DNA of 63,810 bases, the filler included, from Vannella sp. (Eukaryota), in NCBI GenBank assembly GCA_023345925.1. It is 4 parts of 4 records of this genome, joined end to end, with 100 filler letters (N's around TTAATTAATTAA, not from the genome) between each part and the next. Parts side by side here need not be neighbours in the genome. Positions count along the whole stretch, not along the records: positions 1 to 23,890 come from JAJQQN010001433.1; 3 more parts are not named here. One strand, given 5' to 3'. The notes below the pieces were generated by a model, which was given only the letters and a program-made list of their open reading frames with translations, did not search any database and was not told where the DNA came from. The position numbers were made by a program, and so were the translations under genes. Positions within the stretch are counted from its first letter, which is position 1, and the number at the start of each line of letters is the position of its first letter. Shown here one piece after another: positions 1 through 9,396 of the stretch.

Positions 1-392
1 CTTTCGACTCGTTGAGGAAGAGTACTTGCCCAGGAGAGATCCATTCTGCTCGTCCACACCCAAAGCCCGCCTTCGGTGTCTACAGCGGCGCAGTGAAACT
101 TGCCAGCAGCAATCAAAACAATGGGAGGGAGTTCAGGGACCCGTTGGAAGATGGGAGAGGAAGGAGAGTTCCAGCAGTAACCAGCCTTCCACACACCGCC
201 TTCCGCATCCAAAACAAGAGAGAAGTAGCATCCCCAGTCCACTTGGACCAGCTCCGGACCATTCCAAGAGACCTCTGCTGGTTGCCATTGGTCATTCTTG
301 TGACCAAGACCGAGCTGACCGCAGTTGTTTTGCCCAAAAGCGAAAAGGCGCCCTTCGAGGGAGAGGAGGAGCGTGTGGTCACCAAAGGGCAT
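1..392 (-). CDS. RCC1/BLIP-II repeat protein, paralog of 9397-10455; runs off the left edge of the window
   Basis: Manual minus-strand translation from ATG at 392: MPFGDHTLLLSLEGRLFAFGQNNCGQLGLGHKNDQWQPAEVSWNGPELVQVDWGCYFSLVLDAEGGVW..., with GQLGLG RCC1 motifs and collinear with the 9397-10455 protein. Missing from the ORF track because it has no stop inside the window. Confidence 0.9.
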   Translation of the reverse strand, partial: MPFGDHTLLLSLEGRLFAFGQNNCGQLGLGHKNDQWQPAEVSWNGPELVQVDWGCYFSLVLDAEGGVWKAGYCWNSPSSPIFQRVPELPPIVLIAAGKFHCAAVDTEGGLWVWTSRMDLSWASTLPQRVE

Positions 393-468
393 TGAACAAA
401 TGAGACTCCATTCCTCACTCTGCACTTACCAAATGTCACTGTTCGTTCCCAGTGGCGGTCAATGGGGA

Positions 469-563
469 CCTAAAAGGAGATCAATCAGCCAATTAATGGG
501 ATTTTCCTGAAATTGCTTCTAAATCTGGAACATGGTGCGTTGGCTGATTGATCTCCTTTTAGG
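469..563. repeat. Perfect 24-bp inverted repeat with 47-bp spacer (hairpin or MITE-like) upstream of the RCC1 gene
   Basis: cctaaaaggagatcaatcagccaa (469-492) is the exact reverse complement of ttggctgattgatctccttttagg (540-563). Confidence 0.9.
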
Positions 564-726
564 CACTCAACGGATTTACGACTTTTGGAACCCTCTCCCC
601 CTTCTCTCAAAGTGTCCTGATGACCTCCGTCTCTTCAGTATAAGATTTTGTTAGAAAGTCAAGGTTTAGGGAAAAGGCGGAGAAGGTAAAGAGACTCTAA
701 AAACAGAGAAAGAGGAAGTGACTTGG

Positions 727-3700
727 TCATAGAGCGGCGCTGTCAGGGGTTGCGAAAGCCCTGTCAAATTCCTTGTTGATCTGCCGGGTGTTCCAGCGGA
801 CACGAATCTCCACTGCAACGACACCCAGGGCAACAAAGACAATGGCACCGCAAATCATTCCCAAGGAGATCCACGAGATGGTTCTGTCTCCATCTCCTTT
901 GGGATTGCAGGGATCTTCCTCTGATGGTCCCAGTAAAAGCAGAGCAAAATTGGTCAAATGGTTCGTTTGGCCACACAGAGAACCTTCTTCTGTTCTGGTG
1001 AGGCACCTATCTTCGCATTTCCACTTGGCCTTTCTCTCGTCGTAGTAACTCAAACACTGTCTTTTGTTCTCCTCATCAGACGGGACGAAGCAAACAGTCA
1101 AAGGAACATCTAAATCGGTGATGGAATTGTTTTTGCTATCAACAAGGGTTATCTGAAGGATGGAACTCCCAAGCTGCTGATTCGCAGGAGCTGCGGGCTC
1201 AACACTGGAGCCAATCACTGTGAGTGTAACATTTGGTTGGCTGCTTAACAGTGCAGGTATGAACAGACTTCCCAACTGATTACCATCCCCATCAGTCACC
1301 CTCACCTCTGATCGGGAAGTTTGGTTGGCTAAAGTCACGATTACTGTTTCCCCATTATTGGTGGTGGATGGAGACTGTGTTCCGGTCTGAGGGGTGTCGA
1401 TGAATGAAGTCTGCTGTGTTGAGAGTGAGGGCGTTTCAGATTGTAAGATTAGGTTTGGTACGGAGGTTGAGATGTTGGCTGTCACTGATGATGAAGAGTT
1501 CTCAGTAAATGAGGTAATCATTGATAGTGAAGAGAATTCCGAGGGCGATACTCCCAGTGAAAGTGAGTCTCCACTAGAAGATGCTATCGTTGGTGACAGT
1601 AATCCCGAAGGAGAGGCTGCCAAAGATAGCGGGAAAATCTCTGAAGGCGAAGATATCCATGATGATGAATGACTTTCAGAGGCAGAGGTCGTCATGGAGG
1701 GTGTTCTTGAAGGCAAGTTCAGGAATGATGGTGAAAGAATACCCTCTGAAGAAGAGACCGTCTTTGATACTGAAGAGGTTTCATAATTCGAGGTGGTCAA
1801 TGAGGGTGACAGAGTTCCAGATGAAGACACTGTTAATGATGGAGAAGCTTCGGATAAGAAGGCTATCATTGAAAGCGTTGGGGTTTCAGAAGGTAAGGCT
1901 GTCACTGATGATATTCCAGAAGACGAGGCAGTAGCTGACGATGACGAGGTTTCAGAAGAAGAGGCAGTCACTGATGATGATTGGGTTTCAGAAGATGAGG
2001 CAGTCACTGATGATAATTGGGTTTCAAGAGATGATGAAGTTTCAGAAAACGAGGCAGTCATTGACGATGATGAAGTTTCAGAAAACGAGGCAGTCACTGA
2101 TGATGATTGGGTTTCAGAAGATGAGGCAGTCACTGACGATGATGAGGTTCCAGAAGAAGAGCCTGTTGTTGATGGGGTTCCGGATGCTGAAGCGGAGGAT
2201 GAAGGTGAGGTCGTCAATGATAATGAAGAGGTATCAGATGATGAAGCTGTCACAGATCCGGAAGAGGTCTCAGAAGGCGAGGCTGTGACTGATGGTGTGC
2301 TGCTTTTCGAAGAAGACGATGTCACTGAGGATGTTCCAGAAGAGGAGGTTGTCGAAGACAGTGAGCGGCTCCGAGAATCAGAAACAGAAGTCGTTTCTGA
2401 GGACGAAAGGGTTCCAGAGGGTGAAGAGGTTCTAGAACAGGAGCTCGTTGGAGACAGTGAGGGGTAACTGGAAACAGAAGCAGAAGCCGTCCCTGATGCT
2501 GAAAGAGAAGACAGTGGCGATGGTGGGGAAGTGCTGGCATTCGATTGGGAACAAAAGAGGGAAAAGTGGTTTGACGAGAAAGAGGAGACATTAACATTGA
2601 GTGCACTCCCAGAACTTGCCGCTACAGAATTTACAAACAAGCCAGTGTTACCTCTGGCACCCGCTTTGACGAACACAGAGAAGAATCCTTGAGAGGCAGA
2701 TAATCGTGATGATGTTGCGAAAAAGCCACCTCCTCCTCCTCCACCCCCTCCATGGTTGATTGCTCCGGTGGTTCCATTACCTCCGTTAAGGAGCCATTTA
2801 AATTGATCAACGCCAAACCCTGAGGCATCGTTACAAAGAATCACAGCTGTTCCGCCAGCGCCACCTAAGAAAACTTCAGACTCTACTCTTGATATAGAGC
2901 TCGCTTACCTCCAGGTCCTCCGTCTGAATAACCAAGATCAGTCACACCAGATTCCCCCTGAAGATTGATTGTCGGATTGCTAGAGATTGGAGTGATACGT
3001 TCAAATGCATGAAAATAAAGAAGGCCCCCTCCAGAAAGTCCATAGCTATAGTTTTCAGTTGCGTTGTTGTTTTTGGTGGCCCCTCCGCCTCCTCCACCTG
3101 ATGCTCAAATGAATACAAATTCGATCCAGCAAGCTTTCTTACCCAGAAAGATTCGATTGGATGCGTTTGATGGAGCAGGTGCACCTCCAATGCCTGGTTC
3201 ACCAACTATGTAAGGTTCCGGGGAGAATCGGCCGCCATCTCCTCCTCTGCCTCCGTTTGCGCCACCTCCACCTCCCATATCACTCCAATTGGAGCCGCCT
3301 CCGGCATTTCCAGGTGCGCCTCTTGCGCAATTCGCTCCGTCTGGATAAGTCGTCTCTGGAGTACTCCCTTCGTCTCGGGCTGTTATTGGGCTGGAGGGTC
3401 TACTTGGAGAGCCGATGAAGCCTTCGCCTTTGGGTGCATTATAAGCAGATGAATCGTTCTGTCTTGCAGCAGTAGAGTTGTCTCGGAAGCTTTGCGGAAG
3501 GAAAGTTTGATTGATGAAGAAGACGGGAGCGCCAAAACGAATCGAGGGTCCGCCACGGAACCCTTTTCCCTCTAATGAGACGTTTCCTAGGTTGATACGT
3601 TCTGCTATGACAACCAAAACACCTCCGACATATCCGTTCCAAGCAGGCACAAACGGATTGCTCACGTTCACCTCTTTGCAAAGAGAAACTAGAATGACTT

Positions 3701-4094
3701 GGAATCGGTTGTTGCCCGTGCTGGAGTAGTTGAATTGGAGGGGCTGCAAGAGAGTGACGTTTGGTTTTGCTACTGAAGCCACAGAGGCGAACTCGTATTG
3801 TCCAGCAGTCCCCACATCAGTGAAGCCGTTTCCTGTTCCCTGATCTGCTCCGTAGTTGAGATCGTTTGAGTTGCTGATGTTCCCTCCTTGCATTTGTATG
3901 ATCATCAAAGCATCTCCAACGGCTAGATCGGCTACGAAGTCACCAAGAACAAGTCGGGTTCCCTCTCCCTCCAATCCTTGGAAGTAATAATTCTTTGCAT
4001 TGCACGAGTTCAAACAAGGATGGCCCCAAGCGAACACCAAGAACATGAAGATCACAGTCCACCACTGCAGAGGAATCACCAGATCGGAAGCCAT
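727..4094 (-). CDS. Secreted single-pass surface protein: signal peptide, Gly-rich head, Ser/Thr mucin-like stalk, GAIN/GPS-like domain, one TM, short tail (exons 4094-3143, 3097-2909, 2864-727)
   Basis: Two GT-AG introns join ORFs 3105-4094 and 727-2844 in frame through a 189-nt exon (GGGGGATKNNNATENYSYGLSGGG...). Hydrophobic N-terminus; GPS motif CLSYYDE..WKC..CL..LCGQTNHLTNFALLL; TM ISWISLGMICGAIVFVALGVVAV. Confidence 0.88.
1780..2340 (-). repeat. Coding tandem repeat with ~36-bp units (12 aa, ETQSSSVTASSS-like) forming the Ser/Thr stalk
   Basis: Recurring unit gaggcagtcactgatgatgattgggtttcagaagat and variants. Confidence 0.85.
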
Positions 4095-4311
4095 GAGGGA
4101 GGAAGAAGAAATACCTTCCCAACTGCCTCACCGATCGTCAAACAAGGTCCGAAACCAAACCGGATCGTGATTGGACCATTTTGATTCTCCAGAACCGAGC
4201 AAAACCCGCTACATTATTAACAACACGAAAAGCAATTCTTCGACCATTAAAGTTGTGGCTTGATTACCAAGTCCGGGTCGAGCGGCCTGAAAGTCCCACT
4301 TTTTCTTGGCA

Positions 4312-7300
4312 ATGTGCTCGCGGCTGCTCTTCTTCATCTTGCTTGCTAGTGTTGCTTCCTGCCTTCCTCAAATGCAGAAGGACTCTCTTCTATCCCTTTT
4401 CAGTGCCACTGGCGGGCCCTACTGGATCAACAACGCTGGAACGTCACTACGGACCCTTACACTTGGCACGGTGTTGCCTGCAATGCTTCCACTGGTGACG
4501 TTACACAGATCTTTCTCAACTCTAACAACCTGACTGGTTCGCTCCCGGATCTGCAACTGCCAGCACTGTTTCTTATGTAGGGAGAAGCTGTCTCACTCCC
4601 TTTCCTCGCCAAAGACACTTATCTTTTGCCTGCAGGGGATTGAATAACAACACTATCGGTGGATCTCTTCCAGAATGGTCCAATCTTACGAGTCTGCAGT
4701 ACATGTAAGGAGATTCAGTCCTCTTCCACTCGAATGCAGGAAGGGATCCACTATGTTCAACCATGAGGCTCATTGATGGCTTTTAGATTCTTTGATACCA
4801 ATCATATCAATGGAACTCTTCCCCAATGGTCCAATCTGACAAGCCTGCGACAGATGTGAGCAATTTCAATCCCCTTTGACTCATATGAGAGTAAAAGATG
4901 CCACTTGATCATGTGGACTTGAGCTTTGCGAACATAGAACATCACTGATCGCCTGCAGATACTTATCCAACAACCAGATCAGCGGATCTGTTCCAGAATG
5001 GTCCAATCTGTCGGGACTGCAGATCATGTGAGCAGTTTCTGTACTCTCTCACTCAAATGAAGGGAACGGGACCACTTTGATACGTGGATGAGAGCACAAC
5101 AAACACGAGATATCACTCACCGACTGCCTGTAGAGATTTGAAAACAAACCTGATCAGCGGACCTCTTCCGCAATGGTCTAGTCTATCAGGACTGCAGACC
5201 ATGTGAGCAGAGCGCTTTTCTCCCCATTCAAATGAGGACTGACCGCTTCATCATGAGGATTATCACTCATTGATTGCTTGCAGGTCCTTGTCCAACAACC
5301 AGATCAGCGGACCTCTTCCGCAATGGTCCAATCTATCAGGACTGCAGATCATGTAAGTAGTTTCAGTCCTCTTCCACGAGGGGAAGAAGACCACTGGAAA
5401 GTAGTTGCAACAAACAAAGTACATCACTCATCGATTGCAATCAGATACTTGTTCAACAATACGATCACCGGACCTCTTCCAGAATGGTCAGCCTTAACGA
5501 GCCTTCGAGAGATGTAAGCAATTTCAGTCCTATCTCACTCGAATTGGAAAGGGGTTTCTTAATGATTCGGACGTGATCGCCACAAGAATGGAATGTCACT
5601 CATCGATGTTTCAGGTTCTTTTACATCAATCAGATCAGTGGAACTCTTCCAAAGTGGTCTAATCTGTCGAGACTGGAGATTATGTGAGCAGACTGGATCT
5701 CCTCTGACTCGAATGGGTCAAAAGGAATTACTTAAAATGAGCATCACTCATTTATTGCCTGCAGGAGCTTTAGCTTCAACCAGATCAGCGGTTTCCTTCC
5801 TCAATGGTTCGATCTGTCAGGATTGAAGATCATGTGAGCCGCCCAGTGCCGCCATCAATCATGTGGACAACACTCATCAATAGCTTTCAGGAACTTAAAC
5901 TCTAACAAGATCACTGGAACTCTCCCAGAATGGTCAAACTTAACTAGCCTGCAAAAGATGTGAGCAACTTCAGTCTTGTGGAGAGGGGACGCTTCACCGT
6001 GATCACAACCATCACCCCCATATGACTCATCGATTGCTTGTAGATCCCTGGAAAACAACCAGATTAGCGGACTTCTTCCATACTGGACCGGATTGGGAAA
6101 TCTGTCTGAAGTCTATCTGGGAGGAAGTAACCGTCTTTGTGGGAATCTTCCAGATCCTCGTCCAAAGCAGTATCCTCTTAGTCTCTATAACCAAAAGTTC
6201 AATTGCACTATCCTTCCTACTGGTTACAGCGAAGGTGGAGCAGCATGCGATTCTGTCGAAGGGCTATGCAATGCCTCAAGTTTTATAAGCACAACAACCT
6301 CTCCATCATCCAGTGCGAGCCCCTCCGAGTCGGAAATGGCCTCAATCAGTAGCAGTGGGTCATTCACTGCTTCTTCCAGTCCTTCTGCTTCTGTAACGCC
6401 ATCTGCAACTGATAGTGGAAGTGTTTTGAGCTCTATTTCTTCCAGTCCAAAACCTACGGATTCAGCAGCGCCCTCTTCGAGTGGCAGTGGATCGTCCTCT
6501 GCTTCCTTCAGCCCTTCTGCTACTCCTTCTTTGAGCAGCAGTGGATCATTTGCTGCATCTTTTAGTCCTTCTGCTTCTGTTACACGTTCCACATCCGGCA
6601 GTAGGAACAGACCAGGTTCTACCACTTTGATTTCAGCAACGACCTCTGTAAGTGGTAGCAGATCATCAGCCCCTTCACCAAGTCCCTCTGCTTCAGTGAC
6701 GCCCTCTACAAGTGGAAGTGAAAGTCAAACAGACTCTCTGTCAGAGTCCTTTTCTCCTTCGCTCTCTGCTATTCCGAGCAGGCCGACCACAGGATTAGAA
6801 AGTTCCACTCTCTCTCCAAGCAAAAGCGAGATTATTCAGGGCTCATTTTCCATCAGTCCCACTTCTCCTATCAGTGAGACTATGACATCAACAGCTAGTC
6901 ACTCTTTGAGCCTTAGCAATAGCTTCCCCACAATTGCCACACCTTCGCCAGTATTGCCAGTGGAAGAAATATCTAGTCCTTCTCCAAAAGTATCTGAAAG
7001 GGTATCTTTCATCCCAAGTAAAGCCTTACCCAGTCTAAGTCCCACGAGACCACAGCGCACTAGTGAAAGCAGCTCGCCATTAATCAGCACATCTGCTTTC
7101 CCTTCTCCCTTCATCACGCCGGCCTTGATTGTGGTTGTCATTCCCTCCAATCTGACTGATTATAACTTTGTGGAGCTTTACGGATTCCCTCCAGAAGGCG
7201 CGGTAGGAGCCCTTTTTGTTCCTCCTAACTTAAGCAATCAAGCCAACCCCACTTTAATCACCACCTACATGGGTACCGCCATCAGCAGCTCTTCTAACCA

Positions 7301-7784
7301 GCAAGTTCTGAGGAGCACTATCCTCAATATCACCCTCCAAGACGGCGAAGGCAACTCTCTTACCCAATTGGACTCGTCACTAACTATATGTTTGGCCCTT
7401 CTCAACGAAACGAAGAAGGGCAAAAAGGTGTGCCTCAGCTATTACAATGAGCGCAAAAACAAATGGATTTGCGAGGATGAGTGCCTCACCACTGTTGCAT
7501 TCAAAGGTTCCAACGTTTTTAACGGGACAAAAGGAGAGCACATTCTTTGTGGCCAAACTGATCACCTTACTAACTTTGCTCTTCTACTGACTGGAACCGA
7601 TACTGAAGATCCCTGCCAGTCTGGCAGACATAACACTCTTGCATGGATCTCTCTTGGAATGGTAGGCGGAGCCGTCCTTTTGGTCTCGTTCTCTGTGCTG
7701 GTTGTTGAGTTGCACTTTCGCTGGGGACGCATCAAATTGGACAGACAACTGAGAGCAGCTTGCTCTCCTCTAGCAATAGCTTAG
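4312..7784 (+). CDS. LRR receptor-like protein: signal peptide, LRRNT cap, ~11 LRRs (one per exon), Ser/Thr stalk, GAIN/GPS, one TM; exon 1 frameshifted (possible pseudogene)
   Basis: Exon 1 is 4312-4576. Nine 69-nt exons follow: 4636-4704, 4787-4855, 4959-5027, 5134-5202, 5284-5352, 5445-5513, 5615-5683, 5765-5833, 5891-5959. Last exon is 6044-7784. All introns are GT-AG phase 2. Repeat consensus xLxxNxIxGxLPxWSxLxxLxx(I/M). C-terminal LCGQTDHLTNFALLL plus TM. Frameshift near 4435-4440. Confidence 0.9.
4577..6043 (+). repeat. Tandem array of exon+intron units (69-nt LRR exon plus 57-106-nt homologous introns)
   Basis: Introns share motifs gtgagcaatttcagtcc, cactcgaat and catcactcatcgattgc(c/t)tg(c/t)ag; exons share atcagcgga..cttcc..aatggtccaatct. 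Confidence 0.92.
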
Positions 7785-8069
7785 GCCGGACTTAGCAGCC
7801 CGTTTACTTCCTCCTTCTTTCCATAAACTCGCTTGTTTCATTGGCTCAATTTTGAGAAAACCCACGAGGTCAGGCGACCTGCTCTACCCGACCTTCGAAA
7901 AAGGGTCCCAAAATCGATGCTGAGTGGGTGGAATCGGATTTAGTGTTTTCAACTTTCTGCGTCCATTGCGCGATCGGTCGCCCAGGCTCATGGATTCTCT
8001 CAAATTTGTGCCCAATCCGGTTGACAGAGCTTCCAAGCTTCAGATTAGCGGGAACTTCAGGCTCTATAT

Positions 8070-8160
8070 CTGACACTCTTCCAGAAATGATATCCTCAAT
8101 CTCTCCCCAGAGCTCCTCCGTCTGTCAAGCTCTTTTGAGCACTTGGTTCATCCGTGGATT
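8070..8160 (-). pseudogene. Decayed partial duplicate of the end of GST exon 1
   Basis: Shares tctctccccagagctcctccgtc and flanking similarity with 8461-8550. Confidence 0.7.
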
Positions 8161-8174
8161 CTGAAAGTGACATT

Positions 8175-9168
8175 TTAGTCTCTCTTGAGGGTTTGGGGTC
8201 GATTGAGATAGAGATGACGGATGTATCGAACCACATTGGGATGATCTTGGTTCAGTTTCTCAAGCAGGAGGATGAGGCCGGAGGGTAAGCTTGTCTTGCA
8301 CGAGTCAGCAATTCCTCCACCATATTCAGGAATGGGGGGGTGCACAAAGTAGCCTGCCAAAGATGCAAATGTGATATCAGCAAATGAGAGCTCATTCCCA
8401 AGAAGGTATCTGCGCAAGTGGAGAATGGTCAGTCTCCATTCTTAAACAGCAACACATTACTGACTCTCTTCCATCCTGAAGAATGTCCTCCATCTCTCCC
8501 CAGAGCTCCTCCGTCCGCTGAAGCTCTTTCTTAAGAGTCTCATCCGAGATATTGAGGCCTCTGATGAGGAAAGCCTTTAAAAGAGGAAAAAGCAATTGGA
8601 CAGCTGCTCTCTGAACAACTGGAACTTCTGGTGCAGTGGCTCCCCAGATGGTTGTGACAATCGCCCGTTCAGGAAGAAGGTAATAGTACACAATCCGTTG
8701 AAAGGACACTCCAAATCGATCAAACTTCCGTTCCAGTTCGAGGGACGCTTCGTTTGCAAGAAGGAAACGAGCGTGTGGCAAGTGACCGTACTCTCCTGCA
8801 AGATATCGGAGTATGGTGGACGAGTTGGAGATCCGGAGAGGGATCTGAGAGATGCGCAAGGTCGGGACAGTCCTCCCCGTGAAGAGCATTCCAAGGATGC
8901 CTGCGCTACACTCTTCTGTGTACTCCACTTGAGCTTGATCCAAGCACCAACGTACTTTCTCACAGTAATGACTGGCAGAGATGGACTCAAGCACGATCCG
9001 GCGCTTCCCTTTCGTGTCCGCCAACTTGGAAAGCTGAGAGACCCACACCACAAACACTCCCACCAACGTGCTCACCAAGGAAAGGAAGAAGCCTGCATTA
9101 ACAAGCCACAGGGCTAACGGCAATCCCAATAGACCCGCTCCTACCATTTGATAACGAGAGACGCGCAT
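8175..9168 (-). CDS. Glutathione S-transferase family protein with N-terminal hydrophobic anchor (intron 8464-8410)
   Basis: GST-N motif ISASHYCEKVRWCL...TVPTL..SSTILRYL; GST-C motif DGREYLLGNELSFADITFASL after splicing. Confidence 0.85.
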
Positions 9169-9396
9169 CAGAGGACCAACAAAAACTGGCTCCCTGATTC
9201 ATTGGACCAAAACACACAAAATTCATTGGATAAAGGTCCCATCGAATTTTGTCGATTTCCAGTCTTTTTTTCTTTTTTTTGGAAAAACGGTTTTATGGTT
9301 GCGTGAAGGAATTAGCAGTAGCGTGATAACTGTGTTCTCTCCAAGGTCCCCTTGGTTTAGAGAAAGAGCATCCACAGGAGCCAAGAAGGATATGTT

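Noticed and set aside
1394..2467. Highly acidic + strand ORFs (Asp/Glu/Val repeats)
   Set aside because: Antisense shadows of the Ser/Thr (TCN) repeat stalk of the minus-strand receptor.
4577..6043. Regularly spaced repeats with variable spacers, superficially CRISPR-like
   Set aside because: The repeats are 69-nt coding LRR exons bounded by AG/GT and the spacers are homologous introns; no cas genes, and the context is eukaryotic.
4636..6060. Diversity-generating retroelement as the cause of LRR variation
   Set aside because: No reverse transcriptase or template/variable repeat pair in the window, and some changes are not adenine-specific. Kept only as a hypothesis to test.
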